Assembly (NCBI GenBank): GCA_016870855.1
Contig: VGAF01000001.1
Span: 88 to 64,087, forward strand
Direction: 5' to 3'
Origin: Actinomycetota bacterium
Lineage (GTDB): Bacteria; Actinomycetota; Actinomycetes; Nanopelagicales; Nanopelagicaceae
DNA: 64,000 nucleotides
Shown one piece after another: positions 26,909 to 35,977 of the stretch. Position 1 is the stretch's first letter. Every line of letters begins with the position of its first letter. The notes below the pieces were generated by a model, which did no database searches, was not told the DNA's origin, and was given only the letters and a program-made list of their open reading frames with translations. The position numbers and the translations under genes were made by a program.

Positions 26909-28219
26909 TTACTTGGTTCGAGGTTGAATAACCGAGATATCAGCGCGCGGTCTAGCTGCGCTCTCAAGGGTCGCTGCGCTCTCAATAGGAAGATGAGTGA
27001 CTCCATCCGAGGTGAGCCAGGACATACCTGCTCTGGCGCTAGAGAGATTTGAGATTGTGATCAAGCGGGTGTTTGCGGGAACTCGCCAATTCAGGATTTC
27101 CTCCCCCGATAGATTCTCCGTAAAGCTCTCTCCATCGCGGCTCCGCCATTGAATTCGGGCGCGAATCACATCACCTACGAAAGTAATGCTTGGCTCTAGC
27201 CCGTAGATGTTAAAGCTAGCGTTTTCGAAAGCGGGCGAGGGAGCGCTCCACATGAAATCTGAGATTGAACCACTCTTAACTTCACTAAAAAGCGATGCGA
27301 CAATTGATGTAGTAGCTGTGATCTTCAATCCGAAGTTTCCTTTACCTAAATCTAGATTCGCTAGCGGGATGTCTACTACTTCCCCAGCGTTAATCTCGAT
27401 ATTTCCCAGTTCGACTGGGACATAAACGCCTTCTCTGGAGAGAACTTCTACCGAGACATTGGTGTCAACATCATCTGTACTCATCAAGCGCAATGTCCTA
27501 GTGATAGTACTTGAGCTTCCAAATGTGGCCGGTAATCCAGCGATGACTAACTCTGTACTTGGTGTAGATATAGGCGCAACGAAATCGCCACCAATGTTAT
27601 TTAATCCCCGCACACGCTCATCAACCAAGAAGCTAGTTACGCGACCGCTTATCACTTTAACTTTTACTACTAAGCGATCGGCGCCAGGTAACAATGAGTC
27701 AATTCGAATCTCACGCTCAGTTAGCGCTTTAACGGTGATACTTCGAGGCTCGCTCGGTCCATCTTCGGAATAGGTTGCTACCTCGGCGACCGCGTCACTC
27801 AGACCACTATTTATAAGTATTAACTTGCCTTGGCTCGTGACATTTGCAGTCCCGCCAACAAACCATGATGTGGTAGCTCCAGAGATACATGTTGCAGCGC
27901 TAGTCCAACGACTTGCTTTGGTCTGTATTACCCAAGAATTTCTCGGATCACCTTGGACGATAATCGCGCCTCTCGCTAAAGCCGGCGTGCTAGTTGTCGC
28001 CTTGGTAAAGCTTGCATTGGCACGAACTAACTCTCTTATGCCGACCTGCCTGGAAGGCAAAAGCGCCGTGGAACGAGAGTCGTTAACCGCACCGGGGCAA
28101 GTCGTAACCGAGTAACTCTGGCTCACTTCACTTTCAATACTCACTTGTGGGAGGAAATATGCGATATGCGCAGCGATTATGAAGAAAAGTAAGGCAAAGG
28201 AGGCTCTTGTCTCTTTCAC
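26909..28219 (-). CDS. DUF5719-like secreted/anchored protein
   Basis: N-terminal TM or signal, beta-rich 436 aa with conserved Cys (TTCPG, ATCISG). It follows the giant GT2 gene with a 4-nt overlap, as in other actinobacteria. Confidence 0.55.
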   Translation of the reverse strand: MKETRASFALLFFIIAAHIAYFLPQVSIESEVSQSYSVTTCPGAVNDSRSTALLPSRQVGIRELVRANASFTKATTSTPALARGAIIVQGDPRNSWVIQTKASRWTSAATCISGATTSWFVGGTANVTSQGKLILINSGLSDAVAEVATYSEDGPSEPRSITVKALTEREIRIDSLLPGADRLVVKVKVISGRVTSFLVDERVRGLNNIGGDFVAPISTPSTELVIAGLPATFGSSSTITRTLRLMSTDDVDTNVSVEVLSREGVYVPVELGNIEINAGEVVDIPLANLDLGKGNFGLKITATTSIVASLFSEVKSGSISDFMWSAPSPAFENASFNIYGLEPSITFVGDVIRARIQWRSRDGESFTENLSGEEILNWRVPANTRLITISNLSSARAGMSWLTSDGVTHLPIESAATLESAARPRADISVIQPRTK

Positions 28220-31200
28220 GCGAGCTCCTCTTCTTTCATCTCACTTCGTCTACGGCGAGCTGGTAACGCCAAGACAATCAAAGTGGTCATGGCTATGAAT
28301 TGCAGCGATACCCAACCACGACGCGTTGTTCCATCGTGATAAATGATGAACTCGCCAGCTTCAGGAATTACGAAGCGAAGTACTCCACTATCTGTTTCTT
28401 GCGCATCAATAGCCCGGCCATTTAGAAGTAACTTCCACCTTGAATCAAACTTTTCAGTAATAATCACAGTTCCAGAAGAAGGAAGTGTTCCACTTGCTCC
28501 GACTGGACCGCTAGGTAGCGCAAGATATGTTCCATCAATTGATAAGAATGAAATGTGTGCAAGAGCGCCGGCGACTTTCCAAGTAATACCTTCGGTAGTT
28601 CTAGATGCCCGAGTGAATCCACCTACGCCATCAATGGTTCGCACTAAGTCTTTATTAAATGGCCGAGCGAGAAATACATATTTGATTCCGAACTCCGCCA
28701 TGATCTGGCTCGAGTCAATTCCAGATCCGGTAACGAGATTGATAATCGCCTTGTTCACCACAGGTGATAGCCCCGTGGTTATGTCAGGTTCACCTAATTG
28801 AAGATCTCGCTCGCGCGCGACGAAGAATTTAGTTTCAGTTGGGCTGCTATTTATGACTAGAGTCTTAAATCGTTCATCTGTCTGGGCTTCTACGCTTAAG
28901 AAAGCCGGCAGCGCGGATCTCTCTTTGGTTTGTAACGGCGCTGAGGCAGCGCCTCCTACCCACCAGGCCACCGAAGCAAGTAACGAAAGAATCGAAAGTA
29001 GCGATGTGCTTCCCAAGAGCAGGTGTCGGTAATCAATCGCGCTCTCTGAGATCTTTGGTACATATTGATCAACCATCACCACGCCCGCAAGAACTGCGGC
29101 CAAGATTGGGATTACCAAAAGACTTCCAACCCATAACGGTTCTGGGATGTATTGGCCATGTCCAGCTACTTGGCGAGACCCAAAGATTGCCGCCAGGCCA
29201 ATGAAGACGAGCGCGACCTCGCCTAAGCGAGCGGTCTGACTTACAAAGAGCGCAATTACTGAGATGAATAGAACTGATGGGACAAGCCAGATTGGTGGCG
29301 CGCCAACGCCGCCAGGATTGGTGAGAATTATCGATAGCACATCACCGCCAGGAAGCGGTAAACCGGGATCAAGGAGAATTCTTGATGGATGGAGCATGAG
29401 TTCAAGTGACCAGGGCGCTGTGACAATAATTGGGGTAGCGACGATTGCAATACGTCGGATGTTTCTCGAATCGAAATCCTCTTTACTTAATCGACTTGGT
29501 TCAGCATTAAAAGCAAAGACATCAAGTACTACTAATAGGAACTGCCAGATTACGATTGCTCCGAAAGTTAGTGGTGAAAATGCAAAGACGATAGTTAATA
29601 GAATCGTTAACCACCAGACTTTTCGCCAACTTAGCGACTCAAGAATCTCAAGATCTAGAAGGGCTCGCACCAACCACGGGCCAAGGACAAATAGAACGAC
29701 GGTAGCTAGCCTTCCGGCATTAATTGCAGTCAATCCAAATGGAGCAAATGAGTAAAGCAGCGCAGCTCCGAGAGCAAGGTAGGGCAGATCGGTGAATTTC
29801 TTGGCCAGCAAATAAGCGCCAATAAATGCGAGCGGCACAGCTAAGACAAAGAGAATCGAGATAAAGAGTTTGGCTTTAAATCCAGTGACCAGCGTTGCTG
29901 TCCCAAGAATTGCGATCCAGGGCGGCATATTTACACTCGAACCAAGGCCCACTATGTGCCACGAGTCCACATATTGGCGGAGTAGGTCCAATCCACTAGC
30001 AGGAGTAAGCGGCATTGCACCACCCACTAAGTCCGCATATCTCCCTCTAAATGCAATCAGAGAGATTAAGAAGACGGCCATAAATGAGTTAAGGATCGGG
30101 CGTGACTTAATCGCAGTAAAGATAGAGGGCCCCTTAACGAGTTCGATATCAGCGTTTTCGGCCGCCTCATCGTTAAAGTCAATCGATGAAGTTTGAACGC
30201 TCTCTTCTCTCTTGGTGAGCGAGGTGGCGCGCCAAGTCCGAAGGAGCGCATCTCTAGTCTTTTCAATAGTTAGCGCAATTTGGGTTCCTCTTGGCGGCAC
30301 GAAGCGCGCAACAACTCGAGATGAAACAAGTCGCGTTGCCTTTCGGGCTCGTCGTGCGCGAATTAGATCTTGCGGTTGGAGAATCACGAGCGCGACGGCT
30401 GCTAATTCATCTAGGGCATAACCGGGAAGTTTCGCTAACAAATATCCAATTGAACGCAATATGGCCGAACTTAAAAGTTGTAGCGCGATGATTGGTAATA
30501 GCCAAAAAGTTGAATTAGCTAGAAGTACGTATGCAGCATGGCGACGATCAAGAAGAAGTGGGCGATGAAGAAATGCATCGGTCACATCAATCTCGCGCCG
30601 TTCATTAGCGGCCGCTTCAGCATGGAATGCAATCGCAGCAGGGACGACTAGCGCCGAATGTCCTGCAGTATGAATTCGCCAACCGAGATCTACATCGTCT
30701 CGGAAGAGTGATAGCTCTTTATCGAAGCCGCCGATCTCTTCAAATACATCGCGACGGATTAGCGCGCCAGCAGTACTTACCGATAAGACTTCGGCGATTC
30801 CGCCATGTTGTCCTTGATCCTGTTCCCGGTATTCCAAGCCAGTCCACCGGGCGCCATTTCCCGCGATACTCACTCCCACTTCCAACAAATGGTTTCGGTC
30901 ATACCAGCCGCGTAATTTGGGGCCGACGAGGGCGACATTTGGTTTCTCATCAATTGCCAATAACAATTCCCGGAGCGCTTCTGCTTGTGGTGCGCAATCA
31001 TCATGAATCAACCAGATCCACTCAGTTACACCATCGGTAGCACGTTTAAGTTTTGTGCTGGCAAGGGCAATCTCAACTGCCAAGCCAAAGCCCGTCTCGC
31101 GTGGCGCACTTAGCGTTGTGATTCCAGCGTTCTTTAGTAACCGCGCTGAGTCATCACTTGAACCGGTATCAACTGCAATTACTTGATCTATCTCATGGCG

Positions 31201-31314
31201 CTGTTTTGTCAGCGATGCAACAACTTCTGGTAACCAAGTTGCACCATTGTGGGCAACGAGAATTGCAGTCACATGATGGCGTGACCGTAAGGAGTTTGAG
31301 ATAGAAGTCGGCAT
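28216..31314 (-). CDS. family-2 glycosyltransferase fused to a large polytopic membrane domain and C-terminal extracytoplasmic domain (1032 aa)
   Basis: GT2 N-terminus VTAILVAHNGATWL, AVDTGSSDDS and LIHDDC, followed by at least 10 hydrophobic helices. Confidence 0.8.
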   Translation of the reverse strand: MPTSISNSLRSRHHVTAILVAHNGATWLPEVVASLTKQRHEIDQVIAVDTGSSDDSARLLKNAGITTLSAPRETGFGLAVEIALASTKLKRATDGVTEWIWLIHDDCAPQAEALRELLLAIDEKPNVALVGPKLRGWYDRNHLLEVGVSIAGNGARWTGLEYREQDQGQHGGIAEVLSVSTAGALIRRDVFEEIGGFDKELSLFRDDVDLGWRIHTAGHSALVVPAAIAFHAEAAANERREIDVTDAFLHRPLLLDRRHAAYVLLANSTFWLLPIIALQLLSSAILRSIGYLLAKLPGYALDELAAVALVILQPQDLIRARRARKATRLVSSRVVARFVPPRGTQIALTIEKTRDALLRTWRATSLTKREESVQTSSIDFNDEAAENADIELVKGPSIFTAIKSRPILNSFMAVFLISLIAFRGRYADLVGGAMPLTPASGLDLLRQYVDSWHIVGLGSSVNMPPWIAILGTATLVTGFKAKLFISILFVLAVPLAFIGAYLLAKKFTDLPYLALGAALLYSFAPFGLTAINAGRLATVVLFVLGPWLVRALLDLEILESLSWRKVWWLTILLTIVFAFSPLTFGAIVIWQFLLVVLDVFAFNAEPSRLSKEDFDSRNIRRIAIVATPIIVTAPWSLELMLHPSRILLDPGLPLPGGDVLSIILTNPGGVGAPPIWLVPSVLFISVIALFVSQTARLGEVALVFIGLAAIFGSRQVAGHGQYIPEPLWVGSLLVIPILAAVLAGVVMVDQYVPKISESAIDYRHLLLGSTSLLSILSLLASVAWWVGGAASAPLQTKERSALPAFLSVEAQTDERFKTLVINSSPTETKFFVARERDLQLGEPDITTGLSPVVNKAIINLVTGSGIDSSQIMAEFGIKYVFLARPFNKDLVRTIDGVGGFTRASRTTEGITWKVAGALAHISFLSIDGTYLALPSGPVGASGTLPSSGTVIITEKFDSRWKLLLNGRAIDAQETDSGVLRFVIPEAGEFIIYHDGTTRRGWVSLQFIAMTTLIVLALPARRRRSEMKEEELA

Positions 31315-31352
31315 CTCACCGCCTTGATTAAGTTAGAAGATAAGGAAAGAGA

Positions 31353-31646
31353 TTACGCAGGTCGGCGCTTCAAGCGACGGCGTTCACGCTCTGAGAGTCC
31401 GCCCCAGATTCCAAATCTTTCATCATGGGCGAGAGCGTATTCCAGACATTCTTGGCGCACTTCGCAGGATAAGCAGACCCGCTTTGCCTCTCGGGTTGAG
31501 CCACCCTTCTCAGGAAAGAATGCTTCTGGATCGGTCTGAGCGCAGAGGGCGCGCTCCTGCCAAGAAAGCTCGACGACTTCGCCATTGCCTAATTGGATAG
31601 ATGGACCGGGGTTGTAGTTCTGCTCTATACGACGAGCATCAGTCAT
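31353..31646 (-). CDS. whiB2: WhiB family transcriptional regulator, WhiB/WhiB2-like
   Basis: WQERALCAQTDPEAFFPEKGGS..EAKRVCLSCEVRQECLEYAL...FGIWGGLSERERRRLKR. Confidence 0.9.
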   Translation of the reverse strand: MTDARRIEQNYNPGPSIQLGNGEVVELSWQERALCAQTDPEAFFPEKGGSTREAKRVCLSCEVRQECLEYALAHDERFGIWGGLSERERRRLKRRPA

Positions 31647-31698
31647 CAGCTGAACTCCTACGACGGTGGCCGACCCCTAGGCCGGCTCAATAAGGAGA

Positions 31699-31727
31699 AT
31701 TACACGCTTGTAAGTCGCCCGAGTCAA
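31699..31727 (-). promoter_or_regulatory. candidate sigma-70-type promoter for whiB2 (TTGACT-17 nt-TGTAAT)
   Basis: Read on the minus strand: -35 TTGACT (31727-31722), a 17-nt spacer, and -10 TGTAAT (31704-31699). This would give a leader of roughly 45 nt with AGGAG before the ATG. Confidence 0.35.
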
Positions 31728-31748
31728 GTTAGGAAGGGCAAAAAGAAC

Positions 31749-32732
31749 TCAAAATCCGAAGATTTCTCCACGTATTTTTGAACCACTTGTGACTCGAGAA
31801 CCCGGTGCAATGTAGCTATTTTCAATCAATACATCGCTCTCTATGTGCGCTTTTTCGCCGACTATCGAGCCATTTACTATTGAATTTGCCTCAATTACAA
31901 CTCCTGATTCTAGATAGGAGCCTTCGCCCACCTTCGAGCTCGAGTGAAGTTGAACCTCTCTCATAACTAGCGTGTGATTTATAACTTCCGGGGTTGCCTT
32001 TGAGAGCGCAGGATTTGAGATGAGATCTCGTGACGCGCGGATCATCGATTCAGGAGTTCCCATATCGATCCAATATCCACCATCAACATAGCCATAGATA
32101 TTCTGACCTGAGCTAAGCAAGGCTGGAAAGGTCTCACGTTCAACGCTTACTACAGAGCCCTTTGGAATCTCTTTGAGCGCTCGGTTAGAGAAAATGTAGC
32201 AACCAGCATTGATTGTCTTGGCGATTGGGTTATCCATTTTCTCGAGGAACTGTAGGACTTTGGAGTCAGCGCTAATTGGAACGCATCCATATGCCCTTGC
32301 ATCTGAGACTTCGACTAAATGCAACGTCACCGCAGCGTTGGAATCTATATGTAATTTAGCTTGAGCGGCTAAGTCATGCGCACTTAAGACATCGCCGTTG
32401 AAGATAAAGAGCGCTTCATTTTCACCTAGCTCTAGTTGTTGAGCCGCATTTGCGATAGCGCCACCTGTTCCAAGGGGCTCAGTTTCATAGGCGTATTTGA
32501 TCTTTATTCCAAAACGTGAACCATCGCCAAAATATGGTTCGAAGACATCAGCAAGATAAGAAGTAGCAAGGACGATCTCACTTATCCCAGCTTCGCGCGC
32601 CTTAATGATCTGATGCTCCGTGACTGGTGCGCCCGCAATCTTCAACATCGGCTTTGGAGTTTTAGTAGTAAGTGGCATTAAGCGAGTGCCTTTGCCGCCA
32701 ACCAGGAGAATCGCCTTATTTATCGGGATCAT
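31749..32732 (-). CDS. manC: mannose-1-phosphate guanylyltransferase (nucleotidyltransferase plus LbH C-domain)
   Basis: LVGGKGTRLMPLT, EPLGTGGA, and a C-terminal hexapeptide-repeat region. Position is as for Rv3264c. Confidence 0.8.
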   Translation of the reverse strand: MIPINKAILLVGGKGTRLMPLTTKTPKPMLKIAGAPVTEHQIIKAREAGISEIVLATSYLADVFEPYFGDGSRFGIKIKYAYETEPLGTGGAIANAAQQLELGENEALFIFNGDVLSAHDLAAQAKLHIDSNAAVTLHLVEVSDARAYGCVPISADSKVLQFLEKMDNPIAKTINAGCYIFSNRALKEIPKGSVVSVERETFPALLSSGQNIYGYVDGGYWIDMGTPESMIRASRDLISNPALSKATPEVINHTLVMREVQLHSSSKVGEGSYLESGVVIEANSIVNGSIVGEKAHIESDVLIENSYIAPGSRVTSGSKIRGEIFGF

Positions 32733-33796
32733 TAGCTCTTAATCCTTATCGCTGCCGCCTCGATATTTTCATCTGTTGCTGTTAGCGCAATTCGAATATG
32801 TTGGTTTCCAGAATCGCCATAAAAGCTTCCCGGAGTGACTATTACTCCCCGATCGGCAAACCAGGCAACGCAATCCCAATCGTTTCTGCCATTCGTGCAC
32901 CAGATATAAAGGCCCGCTTCCGAATGGTCAATTTGATAGCCGATCTCAGTTAGAGCGCTAGCCAGCTTCCTCCTTCGAGAGCGATAGCGCTCCGCTTGTT
33001 GCGCGACATGTTGCTCGTCACCGAGGGCGACCGCCATGGCTCGTTGAACAGGTAGCGGAACCATCATGCCCATGTGCTTTCGAATTTCTAGTAGCTTCTT
33101 GATTAGCAAGCTATCGCCAATCGCAAAGGCAGCGCGATAACCAGCGAGATTGCTCCGTTTAGAGAGTGAGTGAAGCGCAATAAGTCCAGTGTTTTCACCA
33201 TCCGCAAAATCGAGAATTGATCTGGCTTTCTTGGAATCTGGGAAAGGCAGATAGCACTCATCGCTTGCAACTGGAATTGAGTTATCTCTAGACCAAGCGA
33301 GAACTGATTCAATTTCACTATCGCTATGTACCCGCCCAGTCGGATTCGAGGGCGAATTTAGCCAGACTAGATCGACGCCTTCTGTGGGCCAACTACTTGG
33401 ATCTATATCAACTTCGATGACTTCGGCGTGATTTAGCAGGCCACCGACTTTGTAGGTGGGATAAGCGATCTTTGGAATCAAGATTCGCTTTGCCTCTAAC
33501 AGGAATGGAAGTAGTGCAACCATCTCTTTTGAGCCAATTGTGGGAAGTACATCAAAGTCTCCCGATGCTCCCAATTTCTCTCGTCCATAGCGCTCCATAG
33601 ATTCGCGGAGCTCTTTACTTCCGGTTGTTACGGGGTAACTAGGCGAGTTGGCGCTTGCTCTTAATACTTCTTGGATGAAATCCGGAGTTGGATCAACTGG
33701 GGTACCTTGGGAGAGATCGATTCCACCTTGTGGGTGAGCGCGAGCCTTTTGCCCATATGGAGCAAGGGCATCCCAAGGAAAATCCGGGAGTTTCAA
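32732..33796 (-). CDS. dapC: succinyldiaminopimelate transaminase
   Basis: LPDFPWDALAPY N-terminus, PLP lysine HSLSKRSNLAGYR, and adjacency to fdxA as at Rv1177/Rv1178. Confidence 0.75.
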   Translation of the reverse strand: MKLPDFPWDALAPYGQKARAHPQGGIDLSQGTPVDPTPDFIQEVLRASANSPSYPVTTGSKELRESMERYGREKLGASGDFDVLPTIGSKEMVALLPFLLEAKRILIPKIAYPTYKVGGLLNHAEVIEVDIDPSSWPTEGVDLVWLNSPSNPTGRVHSDSEIESVLAWSRDNSIPVASDECYLPFPDSKKARSILDFADGENTGLIALHSLSKRSNLAGYRAAFAIGDSLLIKKLLEIRKHMGMMVPLPVQRAMAVALGDEQHVAQQAERYRSRRRKLASALTEIGYQIDHSEAGLYIWCTNGRNDWDCVAWFADRGVIVTPGSFYGDSGNQHIRIALTATDENIEAAAIRIKS

Positions 33797-33803
33797 GAAG
33801 TCC

Positions 33804-34127
33804 TTATTCTGCGGGTTTCTTCTCGATTTGCAGCAACTTTGAGTGATCCTTACCGGTAGCTCCTACTTTGCTGGCGCCACCTGGGGAGCCAAGTTCATCG
33901 AAGAACTCAGAGTTAACTTCTTTAAATTCATTCCATTGGGATGGGACATCATCTTCGTAGTAGATCGCTTCGACAGGGCAGACCGGTTCGCAGGCGCCGC
34001 AATCAACGCACTCATCAGGTTGGATGTAGAGCATCCGATCGCCCTCGTAGATGCAATCGACTGGGCACTCTTCGATACAGGACTTATCTTTAACATCCAC
34101 ACAAGGAAGCGCGATCACATATGTCAC
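33804..34127 (-). CDS. fdxA: 7Fe ferredoxin
   Basis: MTYVIALPCVDVKDKSCIEECPVDCIY and CVDCGACEPVCP. Confidence 0.92.
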   Translation of the reverse strand: MTYVIALPCVDVKDKSCIEECPVDCIYEGDRMLYIQPDECVDCGACEPVCPVEAIYYEDDVPSQWNEFKEVNSEFFDELGSPGGASKVGATGKDHSKLLQIEKKPAE

Positions 34128-34144
34128 GAGAGACTCCTCACCAC

Positions 34145-34166
34145 TTCTTTTAAAGTTCTTTTAAAG
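34145..34166. repeat. tandem 11-mer TTCTTTTAAAG x2 in the fdxA/cysS divergent spacer
   Basis: Read directly: 34145-34155 equals 34156-34166. It overlaps the inverted repeat TTCTTTT(34156-62)/AAAAGAA(34170-76). Confidence 0.8.
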
Positions 34167-34212
34167 GAGAAAAGAACCTACTTAGGCGGGTAATCGTACA
34201 TAATTGAGAGAT

Positions 34213-35661
34213 ATGAAGCGCGCTGGGAGTGATGCGGCAGTTCTAAAGCCCGCCGAACACAAGTCAGAGGGGTTCAAGATTTACGACACCCTCTCTCGAG
34301 AGATAAGCGCGGTTTCGGCAAGCAATGGCGAGTTCGTCCGAATCTATTGCTGTGGCCCGACCGTCTATCGAGACGCACATGTTGGAAATCTCCGAACCTT
34401 TCTCCTGGCCGACCTAGTCCAACGAACCCTGGCTTTTGCAGGAGTTAAATCACAGTTAGTTCAGAACATCACTGATGTCGGACATATGAGTGAGGACTTT
34501 GAAGAGGACAAAATCATCGCCCAATCCAAATTGGAGAAGAAGGATCCATATTCGGTAGCGCGAGAATATGAAGCCCGATTTCATCAGGATTGTCGTGCAT
34601 TAAATATCAGAGCTGCTGATTCATATCCAAGAGCAAGTGAATGTATCGACTTGATGATTGATTTAATAACCAAATTGATCGCTGACGGGCTTGCCTATCA
34701 AGGAGAAGATGGCTCGGTTTATTTCGATGCCACTCGATTTCCAAGTTATGGAGCGTTGAGTGGAAACCGACTCGATGCGCTAAAGCCCGGACATCGTTAT
34801 GAATTCACCGAGGGAGGCGCCAAACGCTTTCATGCTGATTGGGCGCTTTGGAAAGCTGCGGGCTCACGTAGCGAGATGATCTGGGATACGCCATGGGGTC
34901 GAGGATTTCCCGGCTGGCACATTGAATGTTCGGCGATGTCGCTTAAATATCTGGCTGGAAAAGTTGACCTGCATATCGGCGGGATAGATCTCCGCTTTCC
35001 GCACCACGAGGATGAGCGCGCTCAATCAAACTCCCTAATTCCGGGGGGCGGTGAAGCAGTCACGCTCTGGCTACATGGAGAACACCTTCTCTTTGAGGGA
35101 AGGAAGATGTCTAAGAGTTCCGGGAATGTAGTTTTATTAAGTGATGTGATTGCACGCGGAATCGATCCACTCGCAATTCGATTCTGCTTTATGGAGAACC
35201 GATATCGAAGCCAGATGGATCTCTCTTGGAGTTCAATCCAAGCAGCTCACTTAACGTTAGAGCGTTGGCGTAAGGCTTATCAAAGCTGGTTTAAGAGCCC
35301 CGCAAATTTGAGTGAGAGAGTTAACCAATTGATAGCGGAGATCGCATCGGCATTTAACAATGACCTCGATACGCCGCGGGCCATGATTTCTTTGCGTGGG
35401 ATTGAGCGTGGTGATTTTGAAGGTGGCGAGAAACGTGCGCTCTTTGAGGCGCTCAATCCGCTATTTGGATTAGATCTTCTAAAGCAGCGGGAGGCGAAGC
35501 GCCTTACAAAAGAAGCAGAAGCGCTACTTGAGAAACGCAAAGCCGCAAGAGCGAATCGGGATTTCAAGTTAAGTGATCAAGTTAGAGATGAATTATCACT
35601 CCTTGGGATCGAGGTTCGGGATACCTCCGAAGGTCAAGAGTGGAGTTGGAAAATTAATTGA
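34213..35661 (+). CDS. cysS: cysteine--tRNA ligase (HVGN variant of HIGH)
   Basis: CGPTVY, HVGNLRTF, GFPGWHIECSAM, FPHHEDERAQS, KMSKSSGN, plus the C-terminal CysRS tail (RDFKLSDQVRDELSLLGIEVRD). I preferred the ATG at 34213 over the TTG at 34204. Confidence 0.75.
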   Translation: MKRAGSDAAVLKPAEHKSEGFKIYDTLSREISAVSASNGEFVRIYCCGPTVYRDAHVGNLRTFLLADLVQRTLAFAGVKSQLVQNITDVGHMSEDFEEDKIIAQSKLEKKDPYSVAREYEARFHQDCRALNIRAADSYPRASECIDLMIDLITKLIADGLAYQGEDGSVYFDATRFPSYGALSGNRLDALKPGHRYEFTEGGAKRFHADWALWKAAGSRSEMIWDTPWGRGFPGWHIECSAMSLKYLAGKVDLHIGGIDLRFPHHEDERAQSNSLIPGGGEAVTLWLHGEHLLFEGRKMSKSSGNVVLLSDVIARGIDPLAIRFCFMENRYRSQMDLSWSSIQAAHLTLERWRKAYQSWFKSPANLSERVNQLIAEIASAFNNDLDTPRAMISLRGIERGDFEGGEKRALFEALNPLFGLDLLKQREAKRLTKEAEALLEKRKAARANRDFKLSDQVRDELSLLGIEVRDTSEGQEWSWKIN

Positions 35662-35977
35662 CTTTTCTGGAGCGGAGCGTAAACCCTATTAATAGCGCGG
35701 CTCCAAGTAGCACTAAGAGATTTCCGAAGAGATCAGCTTCAATAAGAATTTCGCCGCCATTGCCGATAGATGAAGCGCGAATGATCACAAGAACCCAGCC
35801 CGCTAGATAGAGCCAGGAATTCAATCGGGAGCGATACATCTCTCGAACTAGATAAGCACCTAGCAAAAGCGCAATCAGTGAAACTATAAGTCCAAATGGT
35901 CGATAGCTGTTATGGAGAAAAACTCCAGATACACCTACCCCGGCGCCAAATAGAATTGAAATTATTGAGCGGATCAT
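35654..35977 (-). CDS. hypothetical membrane protein (4 TM, 107 aa)
   Basis: Wholly hydrophobic ORF whose start overlaps the mshB stop by 4 nt. Its 3' end overlaps the cysS 3' end by 8 nt. Confidence 0.5.
   Translation of the reverse strand: MIRSIISILFGAGVGVSGVFLHNSYRPFGLIVSLIALLLGAYLVREMYRSRLNSWLYLAGWVLVIIRASSIGNGGEILIEADLFGNLLVLLGAALLIGFTLRSRKVN

Noticed and set aside
26909-28219. Candidate relocated LpqB
   Set aside because: Its size (436 aa), lack of a lipobox and sequence pattern fit the DUF5719-like protein that normally follows the giant GT2 gene, not LpqB.
34204-35661. Assignment as the mycothiol ligase MshC because of the mshB neighbour
   Set aside because: The presence of the C-terminal CysRS anticodon-binding tail and the overall length favour cysS. 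It is kept as a point to verify rather than a claim.
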